Positions 8,616-17,398 of a stretch of DNA of 64,000 nt are shown in pieces. The translations under genes and the position numbers were made by a program. How positions within the stretch are numbered: the stretch's first letter is position 1; the number at the start of each line of letters is the position of its first letter. The notes below the pieces were generated by a model. The model did no database searches. It was not told the DNA's origin and saw only the letters and a list, made by a program, of their open reading frames with translations. Source of the DNA: Thermoplasmata archaeon (GTDB lineage: Archaea; Thermoplasmatota; DTKX01; DATEUP01). The stretch covers positions 17,669 through 81,668 of the forward strand of contig JBGPJF010000001.1 in the NCBI GenBank assembly GCA_041485285.1, written 5' to 3'.

Positions 8616-9662
8616 ATGAAAAAGTGCAGCGTGGTCGGAGGTACCGGTTACACCGGCACCGAACTTGTGCGCCTGCTCTCCGACCACCCGCGGGTTCGCC
8701 TTACGGCCGTTACCTCCCGGGGCCTTGCCGGGAAGCGGGTCACCGACGTCTTCCCCCACCTGATCAACCACATCAACGGGCTCACGTTCAGCCCGCCGGA
8801 CATGGAGACGCTGGCTCGCGAGTCCGACTGCGTGTTCCTGGCCACCCCCCACGGGGTCAGTGCAGAGCTCGCGGCCACCCTCCTCGGGCGCAACCGCGAC
8901 CTCATCGTCATTGACCTGTCCGCGGACTTCCGCCTGAAGGACCCCGCGGCCTACGCCGAGTGGTACGGCCACCCCCACCCCCACCCCGAGCTCCTCTCCC
9001 AAGCCGTCTACGGCCTGCCGGAGATCGAAGGGGCCCACATCCGGGGCGCCCGCCTCATCGCCAACCCCGGCTGCTACCCGACCTCCGTGGTCCTTGCCGT
9101 CGCGCCCCTCCTCCAGGGCGGCCTCACCGACCTTGGCTCCATCATCGCCGACTCCAAGAGCGGCGTGACGGGCGCCGGGCGTGAGCCCACGATGGGCACC
9201 CACTTCCCGGAGGTCAACGAGTCCCTCAAGGCCTACGGGGTCACCAAGCACCGCCACACCCCCGAAATGGAGCAAGAAATGTCCTCGATTGCCCACCACG
9301 CGATGATCATCAACTTCACCCCCCACCTTTTGCCCATAAACCGGGGCATCCTCTCCACGATCTACGCCACGAACGCGAAGGACCTCTCCAAGAAGGAGCT
9401 CCTGAACGCCTACCACGAGTTCTACCAGGCCGCGCCCTTCGTGCGCGTCTACGACACGGGCCTCCCGGAGATTCGCAATGTCCGCGGGTCGAACTTCTGC
9501 GACATCGGCCTCGAGGTCGACCCCCGCACGAAGCGGATTGTGCTCGTGTCGGCCATTGACAACCTCATCAAGGGGGCGGCGGGCCAAGCCGTCCAGAACA
9601 TGAACCTCGCCTTTGGCTTCCCCGAGACGGAGGGCCTCAAAGCCCCCGGCATCGGGGCTTGA
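8616..9662 (+). CDS. argC: N-acetyl-gamma-glutamyl-phosphate reductase
   Basis: MKKCSVVGGTGYTGTELVRLL Rossmann N-terminus and ...ANPGCYPTS catalytic-Cys motif. ATG at 8616 inside the longer alternative-start ORF. Confidence 0.9.
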   Translation: MKKCSVVGGTGYTGTELVRLLSDHPRVRLTAVTSRGLAGKRVTDVFPHLINHINGLTFSPPDMETLARESDCVFLATPHGVSAELAATLLGRNRDLIVIDLSADFRLKDPAAYAEWYGHPHPHPELLSQAVYGLPEIEGAHIRGARLIANPGCYPTSVVLAVAPLLQGGLTDLGSIIADSKSGVTGAGREPTMGTHFPEVNESLKAYGVTKHRHTPEMEQEMSSIAHHAMIINFTPHLLPINRGILSTIYATNAKDLSKKELLNAYHEFYQAAPFVRVYDTGLPEIRNVRGSNFCDIGLEVDPRTKRIVLVSAIDNLIKGAAGQAVQNMNLAFGFPETEGLKAPGIGA

Positions 9663-10926
9663 TCTTGGAGGCACTCCCATTACCCCCCCACCGCCGATTC
9701 CGGTCAAGCGCGAAGGCGGCGTGCTCGACGTCCCGGGTTTCTTCTCGGGAGGAACGCACGCGGGCCTCAAGCGCAAGGGCCAGGACATCGGCATCCTGTT
9801 CTCGGACACCCCCTCGGTCGCCGCCGGCGTGTTTACGACCAACCGCACCCGGGCAGCCCCCGTGCTCCTCTCCGAGCAGCACCTCAGCGGCAGCGGGCGC
9901 CACCGCGCGGCGGTCGTGAACTCGGGGTGCGCAAACGCCTGCACGGGGGAACTCGGGTGGAAGAACGCCGTCGAGATGGCCGACGCCACGGCCGATGTCC
10001 TCGGCGTCCAGCCGCAGGAGGTGCTCGTCGCCTCGACGGGGATCATCGGCAAGCAGCTCGACATGCGCAAGCTCCTCACCGGCATCGAGGACCTCGGCAG
10101 CCAGATTGCCTCCGGCCGGGCCAACCCCCGCTTCTCGAAGGCGATCCTCACGACGGACAAGACCGAGAAGACGGTCTCGGCGACCGTGGACATCGGCGGG
10201 ACGGAGATCACCATCGGCGGCGCCGCCAAGGGGTCGGGGATGATCCACCCCAACATGGCCACGATGCTCGGGTTCCTCGCCACCGACGCGGCCGTCTCCA
10301 AGGAGGTCCTGCGCAGGGCCCTGCGCGAGGTCACGAAGGACACCTTCAACATGATCACCGTCGACGGCGACACCTCGACGAACGACTGCGTGCTGGCCTT
10401 TGCCAACGGCGAGGCCGGAAACGCGAAGATCGACAAGCCCGCGGGCCCGCACTTCCGCCAGTTCCAGTCCGCCCTCCAGGCCGTGTGCCGCGACCTTGCG
10501 CTCCAGATCGTGCGCGACGGCGAGGGCGCGACCAAGGTGTTCGCGGTGAAGGTACAGGGCGCGCGCCGCGAGACCGACGCCCGCGCGATCGCGAGGGCCG
10601 TCGCCAGCTCGAACCTCGTCAAGTGCGCCATCCACGGCTCGGACCCCAACTGGGGCCGCATCGTGTGCGCGGCCGGCTATGCCGGGGCGGACTTCGACCC
10701 CTCGAAGGCGCGCATCTCCGTGTCGAACGGCTCGGCCTCCCCCAAGCTCACGCTCTTCGAGAAGGGCGAGCCGGCGGCATTCAACGAGAAGGACGCCCAC
10801 GACCTGCTCAAGAACGAGTGGATCACGCTCACCCTCGAGCTTGGCCGCGGCCACGCCGAAGCCGAGGCCTGGGGCTGCGACTTCTCCCATGAGTACGTGA
10901 CGATCAACGCACACTACCGGACGTAG
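9613..10926 (+). CDS. argJ: Glutamate N-acetyltransferase / amino-acid acetyltransferase (bifunctional ArgJ)
   Basis: ...GGVLDVPGFFSGGTHAGLKRKG...ATMLGFLATDA (autoproteolytic ATML T site). Start is uncertain: TTG at 9613 overlaps argC, and GTG at 9721 is the alternative. Confidence 0.85.
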   Translation: MASPRRRASKPPASGLDLGGTPITPPPPIPVKREGGVLDVPGFFSGGTHAGLKRKGQDIGILFSDTPSVAAGVFTTNRTRAAPVLLSEQHLSGSGRHRAAVVNSGCANACTGELGWKNAVEMADATADVLGVQPQEVLVASTGIIGKQLDMRKLLTGIEDLGSQIASGRANPRFSKAILTTDKTEKTVSATVDIGGTEITIGGAAKGSGMIHPNMATMLGFLATDAAVSKEVLRRALREVTKDTFNMITVDGDTSTNDCVLAFANGEAGNAKIDKPAGPHFRQFQSALQAVCRDLALQIVRDGEGATKVFAVKVQGARRETDARAIARAVASSNLVKCAIHGSDPNWGRIVCAAGYAGADFDPSKARISVSNGSASPKLTLFEKGEPAAFNEKDAHDLLKNEWITLTLELGRGHAEAEAWGCDFSHEYVTINAHYRT

Positions 10927-10941
10927 AGTAGGGGGTTTCAC

Positions 10942-11859
10942 ATGGCATCTGCAAAAGCGCGTGCACGCACGATGGAGAAGCTCAAGACGCTGCAGGTCGA
11001 GGTCGAGTACCCGCCGAGCGCCCGCCTCGAGATGCTGCGGGGCGAAACGGTCGTGGTCAAGTACGGGGGCCACGCGCTCCACGCCGGCGGCACCGCGGGG
11101 TTCGCCTCCGATGTTGCGTACCTCACGCGGGCCGGCGTCCGCGTCGTGGTGGTCCACGGCGGCGGCCCGGAGATCTCGCAAGAGATGGAGAAGGCCGGCA
11201 TCGAGCCCAACTTCGTGCACGGCCACCGCGTGACCGACGAGGCCACCCTGAAGATCGCCGAGCGCGTCCTTTCGGGCCGCGTCAACCGCGAGCTCGTGAC
11301 GGCCCTTGAGAAGGCAGGTTGCCGCGCGGTTGGCATTTCCGGCCGCGACGGGTCGCTCCTGCGCGCGAAGTACCGCAAGCCCAAGGTCAAAGACGGGGCG
11401 GGCCACGAAGTCCAGGTCAACCTGGGGTACGTAGGCGACATTGAGCGTGTGAACACGCGGCTCCTCCAGCTCCTCCAGGGCGGAGGCTACACGCCGGTGA
11501 TCGCGCCCATCGCCGTCACCGCCGGCGGCCAGTCACTCAACATCAACGCCGATTCGGTGGCAGGGGCCGTCGCCGGCGCGCTCAAGGCCACGACCTGCGT
11601 GTTCCTCACCGATGTTAAGGGCATCCTCGCAGACCCGGCCAAGCCCGAGACCCTGATGCCGGCCCTTCGCTACCGCGAGGCCGAAGCGCTGATTGCAAAG
11701 GGCGCCGTCTCCGGCGGGATGCTCCCCAAGGTCCAAGCCTGCCTCGAAGCGCTCTCGCACGGCTCGCGCGAAGCGCGGATCGTCGATGGCCGCGAGGACC
11801 GCGCGCTGCTGAACGCGCTCCTTCCGGCCGAGCCCCGCGGCACGGCCGTGACGCCGTAG
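10942..11859 (+). CDS. argB: Acetylglutamate kinase
   Basis: VVVKYGGHAL...VVVHGGGPEI amino-acid-kinase motifs. Confidence 0.9.
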   Translation: MASAKARARTMEKLKTLQVEVEYPPSARLEMLRGETVVVKYGGHALHAGGTAGFASDVAYLTRAGVRVVVVHGGGPEISQEMEKAGIEPNFVHGHRVTDEATLKIAERVLSGRVNRELVTALEKAGCRAVGISGRDGSLLRAKYRKPKVKDGAGHEVQVNLGYVGDIERVNTRLLQLLQGGGYTPVIAPIAVTAGGQSLNINADSVAGAVAGALKATTCVFLTDVKGILADPAKPETLMPALRYREAEALIAKGAVSGGMLPKVQACLEALSHGSREARIVDGREDRALLNALLPAEPRGTAVTP

Positions 11860-11878
11860 CCGCCCTGAGGGGACTATC

Positions 11879-13129
11879 ATGAACAAAGCCGAAGCCACCC
11901 CAGCACCGCATTTGCCCGCGCACGCTCCGCCGGCAAGCGGCGACGCTCCGCTGATGCACAACTATTCCGCGCCCACGGTCACGATCGTCCGCGGCAGCGG
12001 GATGGAAGTCTTCGACGACGCGGGGGGGCGCTACCTCGACTTTATCGGCGGCATCGCCGTCGCGGCCACCGGCCACTGCCACCCCGCGGTCGTGGCGGCC
12101 ATCGCCTCGCAGGCGGGCACCCTCATCCACGTCTCGAACCTCTACGGCATCGAGCCGCAGCGCGAACTTGCGCGCCGGCTTGTGCCGAAGGCGGGCCAGG
12201 ACTTCCGCGCCTTTTTCTGCAACTCCGGCGCCGAGGCCAACGAGGCCGCGATCAAACTCGCCCGCAAGTGGGGCCACAAGCACGGCGTTGGCCAGGGCAC
12301 GATCATCTCGGCACTAAACTCGGTCCACGGGCGCACGCGGGCCACCCTCGCGGCCACCGCTCAGCCGAAGTACCAGCAAGGGTTCGAGCCGCTGCCCTCC
12401 GGGTTCAAGTACGTCCCCTACGACGACCTCGACGGGCTCGAGCAGGGGCTCACGCCCGATGTATCGGCGGTCCTGCTCGAACCGATCCAAGGCGAGGGCG
12501 GCGTGAAGGTGCCGGCCATCGGCTACCTGCGCCGCGTCCGCGAAATCTGCGACCGCGCCGGCGTGCTGCTCATCCTCGATGAAGTACAGACCGGCTGCGG
12601 GCGCACCGGGCGGTTCTTCGCCTACGAGCACGAGGGCATCACGCCGGACATCGTGACGCTCGCCAAGGCGCTCGGCTCGGGCGTGCCCATCGGCGCGTGC
12701 CTTGCCCGCGCCGATGTTGCGGAGGTCTTCCAGCCCGGCAGCCACGGCTCCACCTTCGGGGGCAACCCGCTCTCGTCAGCCGCCGCCCTTGCGACCCTCG
12801 ACGTCATCGAAGGCGAGCACCTGATCGAGCGCGCCGCATCCATCGGCACCCACCTCATGAATCACCTCGAGGCGCTCCGCGCTCACGACGCACGCATCCG
12901 CGAGGTCCGCGGCAAGGGCCTGCTCATCGGCGTCGAGTTCAGCGAGCCGATCGCCAAGGACCTTGTGAAGACCATGCTCGGCCTCGGGGTCCTTGCCAAC
13001 GCGACCTCGGAGCACGTGCTGCGCCTCGCCCCGCCGCTGATCATCACGCAAGCGCACGCCGACGCCTATGTCTCCGCGCTCAAGCAGGCGCTTTCCCTGA
13101 CTCCGGCCCTCAAGTCAGGCACTTGTTGA
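11879..13129 (+). CDS. argD: Acetylornithine aminotransferase (class III PLP)
   Basis: ...LLILDEVQTGCGRTGRFFA... PLP-lysine region, 416 aa. Confidence 0.85.
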   Translation: MNKAEATPAPHLPAHAPPASGDAPLMHNYSAPTVTIVRGSGMEVFDDAGGRYLDFIGGIAVAATGHCHPAVVAAIASQAGTLIHVSNLYGIEPQRELARRLVPKAGQDFRAFFCNSGAEANEAAIKLARKWGHKHGVGQGTIISALNSVHGRTRATLAATAQPKYQQGFEPLPSGFKYVPYDDLDGLEQGLTPDVSAVLLEPIQGEGGVKVPAIGYLRRVREICDRAGVLLILDEVQTGCGRTGRFFAYEHEGITPDIVTLAKALGSGVPIGACLARADVAEVFQPGSHGSTFGGNPLSSAAALATLDVIEGEHLIERAASIGTHLMNHLEALRAHDARIREVRGKGLLIGVEFSEPIAKDLVKTMLGLGVLANATSEHVLRLAPPLIITQAHADAYVSALKQALSLTPALKSGTC

Positions 13130-13781
13130 GCGCTTGGAAGGCGGGCATCATATCAGACTCAGAAACGAGGAAGATGGTATCGGTATGGCAGGACATGGCT
13201 TCATTCAGGTTGATGCCGCTCGATGCCAGCGCGCCCAGCAGGTAGGCGATCACGCCGGGCGTCTGCGCGATGTCGTCGGGGGAGGTCACGATCATCTCCA
13301 CCAGGCCGCGGGTCATCTGGATCACGTCGCGGCGCGACAGGATCTCGAGCATCTCCTCGACGATGACGTCGTCGCAGATCAGCGTCACGCCGTGCGAGCC
13401 CTGGACGATGCGGAACAGCCGGCCGGCCTCGAAGTACTTCGCCGTGATGCGGCCGAGTTCGCGCATGATGTCGTAGGAAGGGCGCACCGTGATGATCGCG
13501 ACCTTCGAGTGGATCTCGATCTTCGACTTTCGAAGCACGCCCTTGACGGCGGCCTCGCGGGCGCGGTAGCCCGGCGGCACGATGTAGCGGCGGCAGGCGA
13601 TGAGCGCGGCGTCCTGGCTCTCGACATCCGTCTCCTTGACGATCTTGCGCGACAGCGCGGAGAGGTTGATGAGGTCCATCTGGAGGCAGTCCCGGATGGA
13701 GGGGTGCGCGTCGATGAACTCGCGCGCCTTGTGCGCCGCCGTCTCTCGCCGAACGTCCTTCTTCTTCGCCACGCGTGCCAT
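13110..13781 (-). CDS. ACT-domain putative regulator of amino-acid metabolism (COG2150-like), embedded between argD and argG
   Basis: 223 aa with a basic N-terminus followed by ACT-like beta-alpha-beta-beta-alpha-beta segments. Convergent 20-bp overlap with the argD 3' end. Confidence 0.45.
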   Translation of the reverse strand: MARVAKKKDVRRETAAHKAREFIDAHPSIRDCLQMDLINLSALSRKIVKETDVESQDAALIACRRYIVPPGYRAREAAVKGVLRKSKIEIHSKVAIITVRPSYDIMRELGRITAKYFEAGRLFRIVQGSHGVTLICDDVIVEEMLEILSRRDVIQMTRGLVEMIVTSPDDIAQTPGVIAYLLGALASSGINLNEAMSCHTDTIFLVSESDMMPAFQALNKCLT

Positions 13782-13859
13782 GGGGGCCCCTCAGGGGTCG
13801 GACGCGGCGCGCCCTACATGTCCTTTTTGAGACACAACTGACCGAGGCGGGACAACACC

Positions 13860-15179
13860 ATGCAGCAAACGGGCAAGAAGAACGGCAAGAACAAGGGACC
13901 GCGCCAGAAGATCGTGCTCGCCTACAGCGGCGGGCTCGACACTTCGATCGCGATCCGGTGGCTTACGGACACCTACGAGGCGGACGTCGTGTGCGTGCTC
14001 GTGGACGTCGGCCAGCCCGCGGAAGGGTTCCAAGCGGCCCTAGCGAAGGCGAAGAAGATCGGCGCGGTCGCCGCCTACGGGATCGACGCGCGCGGGGAAT
14101 TTGCGGCCGATTACATCGCGCCCGCCATCTTTGCAAACGCAATGTACGAGAAGCACTACCCGCTTGCCACGGCGCTTGCGCGCCCGCTCATCGCGGCGAA
14201 GCTCGTCGAGATCGCGCGGAAGGAAAACTGCAACGCGGTCGCCCACGGCTGCACGGCCAAGGGCAACGACCAGGTGCGCTTCGAAGTTTCGATCCAGGCG
14301 CTTGCGCCCGACCTCAAGGTCATCGCGCCGGCCCGCGAGTGGATTTACACCCGCGAGGAAGGCATCCAGTGGGCCGAAGAGCGCGGCATCCCGGTGCCGA
14401 TCACGAAGAAGTCCCCCTACTCGGTCGACGAGAACCTCTGGGGCCGCTCGGCGGAGTCGGGCATCCTGGAGGACGCGAACCAAGAGCCGCCCGAGGACTG
14501 CTACGGGTGGAGCGTGTCGCAGGAGAAGGCGCCCGACAAAGCGCAGTACGTCACGGTCACCTTCCGCCAGGGGCTCCCGGTCGCCCTCGACGGCTCGAAG
14601 ATGGCGCTTGACGACCTCATCTCGAAGCTCAACGAGGTCGGCGGCAAGCACGGCGTGGGCCGCATCGACCACGTCGAGAACCGCCTCGTGGGCATCAAGA
14701 GCCGCGAGGTCTACGAAGCGCCGGCGGCGGTCATCCTCACGGAGGCGCACCGCCAGCTCGAGTCGATGGTGCTGCCGCGGGACCTCGTACACTTCAAGTA
14801 CGGCATCGAGGACCGCTTCGCCTCGCTCACCTACGACGGCCTGTGGTTCACGCCGCTGATGGCGTCGCTGCGCGCGTTTTTGGTGTCGAGCCAAGAGCGC
14901 GTGACGGGCGACATCCGCGTCAAGCTGCTGAAGGGGTCGGCGACGGTCGTCGGGCGCGCGTCGCCCTTTTCGATCTACGACACCTCGCTTGCGACCTACG
15001 GGGTGGGCGACCTGTTCAACCACGGATCGGCCCGCGGGTTCATCGACCTCTGGGGGCTTCCCACGCGCATCTACGCGAGCAAGGGCGGCGCCGGGCGGCC
15101 GAAGGTCCAGGTTACCGAAAAGGTTAGCCCGGGCCCCACGACTGCACCGCCGCGCGTAAGCGGGCGGGGCAAGCTGTGA
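13860..15179 (+). CDS. argG: Argininosuccinate synthase
   Basis: IVLAYSGGLDTS PP-loop and 439 aa. Confidence 0.9.
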   Translation: MQQTGKKNGKNKGPRQKIVLAYSGGLDTSIAIRWLTDTYEADVVCVLVDVGQPAEGFQAALAKAKKIGAVAAYGIDARGEFAADYIAPAIFANAMYEKHYPLATALARPLIAAKLVEIARKENCNAVAHGCTAKGNDQVRFEVSIQALAPDLKVIAPAREWIYTREEGIQWAEERGIPVPITKKSPYSVDENLWGRSAESGILEDANQEPPEDCYGWSVSQEKAPDKAQYVTVTFRQGLPVALDGSKMALDDLISKLNEVGGKHGVGRIDHVENRLVGIKSREVYEAPAAVILTEAHRQLESMVLPRDLVHFKYGIEDRFASLTYDGLWFTPLMASLRAFLVSSQERVTGDIRVKLLKGSATVVGRASPFSIYDTSLATYGVGDLFNHGSARGFIDLWGLPTRIYASKGGAGRPKVQVTEKVSPGPTTAPPRVSGRGKL

Positions 15180-16633
15180 AGGCGGACAAGAAAGCCTGGG
15201 GCGGCCGCTTCAAGGGCGCCACGCACCCGCTGGTCGAGGCGTACACGCAGTCGCTGCGCGAGGACGTGCACCTCGCGAAGTGGGACATCATCGGTTCGAT
15301 TGCCCACGCGCGGATGCTGGGCGCCTGCCGGCTGGTCACGCGGACCGAAGAGCGTGCGCTTATGGCCGGCCTCAAGCGCCTCTACCGCGAGGCGCAGGCG
15401 GAGAAGCTCGTGCTCGACCCCGCGCTCGAAGACATCCACATGAACGTCGAGGCGCTGCTGTCGAAGCGCATAGGGCGCGCGGCGGAAAAGCTGCACACCG
15501 CGCGCTCGCGCAACGACCAGGTGGCGCTCGACACGCGGCTGCTCGCGCGCGAGGGCCTCGTTGAACTCGGCGAGGAACTCATCGAACTCCAGGAAGCGCT
15601 CACCGGCCTGGCCCAGAAGTTCGACGGCGTCCCCATGATCGGCCGCACCCATTTCCAGCCCGCGCAGGCCGTGCTGTTTTCGCACCACTTGCTCGCGTAC
15701 CGTGAAAAATTCTCGCGCGACGGCCACCGCGTCGAGTCCGCGCTGGAGCGCGCGGACGCCTCGCCGCTTGGCGCGGGCGCGCTTGCCGGCACGACACTGA
15801 AGACGGATCCGAAGATGACGGCCCGGCTCCTCGGCTTCGCCATGCCCGCGCACAACTCGATCGACGCGGTCTCCGACCGCGATTACATCGCGGATGCGGC
15901 GTACGCTTCGACGATGGTGCTCGTCCACCTCTCGCAACTCTCGGAGGAGATTGTGCTGTGGTCGAGCGAGGCGCTGGGGTACATCGTCTTGCCCGATGCG
16001 TTTTCCACGGGCTCGTCCATCATGCCGCAGAAACGCAACCCCGATGTCGCGGAACTCACGCGCGGCCGCGCGGCGCTTGCCATCGGCGACCTGGCCGGGC
16101 TCCTTGCGATCCTCAAAGGGTTGCCGATGGCCTACAACCGCGACCTGCAAGAGGACAAGTCGGCCCTGTTGCGCACCATGTCGCTTGCCACGCGCGCGTG
16201 CGAAGTCTTCGCGGAGATGCTGCCGGCGCTCAAGTTCAGGACGGAGCGGCTGGCGGCCGGGTTCCACGAGGGGTTCGCGGGTGCCACCGACCTCGCCGAA
16301 TTCCTCGTCCAAAAGGGGATCCCGTTCCGCGAAGCGCATGGGATCGTTGGGCGGCTGGTCCGCGACCTCTCCGACAGCGGGCGCACGCTCGCCGACCTCG
16401 CTCCGACCGAGTTGCTCGCCTATTCGGCGCGCTTCGACAAGCGCGCGCTCCTCACGTTGTCAGCGCATGCCTCGGCCGGGGCGCGCGGGAGCCACGGCGG
16501 CTCGTCCCGCGAGAGCGTCAAGCGCCAGCTTGCGCGGGCCGAGCGCGATGCCGAGGGGCAGCGCCGGGCGCTGTCGAAGTACGCGGCGAAAGTGAAGACG
16601 GCCCGCGGGCTTGCGGCGCCCAGCCGCCGCTGA
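15176..16633 (+). CDS. argH: Argininosuccinate lyase
   Basis: Fumarate-lyase signature GSSIMPQKRNPD. GTG start overlaps the argG stop. Confidence 0.9.
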   Translation: MKADKKAWGGRFKGATHPLVEAYTQSLREDVHLAKWDIIGSIAHARMLGACRLVTRTEERALMAGLKRLYREAQAEKLVLDPALEDIHMNVEALLSKRIGRAAEKLHTARSRNDQVALDTRLLAREGLVELGEELIELQEALTGLAQKFDGVPMIGRTHFQPAQAVLFSHHLLAYREKFSRDGHRVESALERADASPLGAGALAGTTLKTDPKMTARLLGFAMPAHNSIDAVSDRDYIADAAYASTMVLVHLSQLSEEIVLWSSEALGYIVLPDAFSTGSSIMPQKRNPDVAELTRGRAALAIGDLAGLLAILKGLPMAYNRDLQEDKSALLRTMSLATRACEVFAEMLPALKFRTERLAAGFHEGFAGATDLAEFLVQKGIPFREAHGIVGRLVRDLSDSGRTLADLAPTELLAYSARFDKRALLTLSAHASAGARGSHGGSSRESVKRQLARAERDAEGQRRALSKYAAKVKTARGLAAPSRR

Positions 16634-16737
16634 GAGCCGTTTCACAACACTTCTCGCCGGTCGCTCGCCGTGAGCGACTCAGCATTCGGGGGGAGGTAAC
16701 ATCGATATACTGGTAAGATCTGATCTCCCATGGTCGA

Positions 16738-17007
16738 ATGCCCGCGCATGCATCTCCCGACATCACGCTGTCCACGGTCGAGCACGTGCGCGCGCTCCTT
16801 GAGAAATCAACGGTCCCGGTGAGCCGGAACTGGCTGCTTGCAAAACTCGCCGCTTCGGGCCACACGACATCGCGCCGGCGGCTAAATCGGGCGCTCGAAT
16901 TCTTCGAGAGTCTCGGGGTCATGGTCGAGGGGTCCAAGGGCGTACAGTGGACGAGTACGGATAGCCCCAGCCTCAGGCGTGCGCAAGCTATCGGGCGCAG
17001 GCTGTGA
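16738..17007 (+). CDS. Putative antitoxin, winged-helix-like
   Basis: 89 aa. TATA-like gatatact lies about 30 bp upstream. Overlaps the following toxin by 4 bp. Confidence 0.4.
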   Translation: MPAHASPDITLSTVEHVRALLEKSTVPVSRNWLLAKLAASGHTTSRRRLNRALEFFESLGVMVEGSKGVQWTSTDSPSLRRAQAIGRRL

Positions 17008-17357
17008 GGCCGATGTCCGGCTTCCGCCCGAACCGGGTCATCCTCCACCACGAAGTGGAGACGATGTATGCCGCCATCGAGGCGGCTGCGAAGGCTGGCC
17101 GCAAGGAACAAGCGGCGCTGTGGAAAGGCTTTCAGAGGGCCGTGTTGCCTGTCAGAGCCGACGGCCAATGGGGCGAAGTGATCCCCTCCATCCCCGCCTA
17201 CTTCGTTTGGCGCTATGGCGCCCGGAATCTCTACGGCATTGACCTCGCCTTTTTCCACCGTGCGTTTTACACGATCCAGGGCCGCGATGTGATCTTCCTG
17301 GATTTGGTCGATCATGCGGCATACGACAAGTGGTTTCCCGGGCGAAAACGCCGATGA
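17004..17357 (+). CDS. RelE/ParE-superfamily toxin-like protein
   Basis: The C-terminus ...FFHRAFYTIQGRDVIFLDLVDHAAYDKWF resembles the RelE/ParE beta-sheet core (YRIIYRIDD..VYILRIGHRKDVY). Confidence 0.4.
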   Translation: MRPMSGFRPNRVILHHEVETMYAAIEAAAKAGRKEQAALWKGFQRAVLPVRADGQWGEVIPSIPAYFVWRYGARNLYGIDLAFFHRAFYTIQGRDVIFLDLVDHAAYDKWFPGRKRR

Positions 17358-17398
17358 ATTTCGCTGGGAAACCGGCCCGCCCGCGCGGGACCCGAGCC

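Noticed and set aside
8553-11406. 702-aa and 589-aa minus-strand ORFs
   Set aside because: Antisense to the argC/argJ/argB genes, whose sense frames have unambiguous enzyme motifs.
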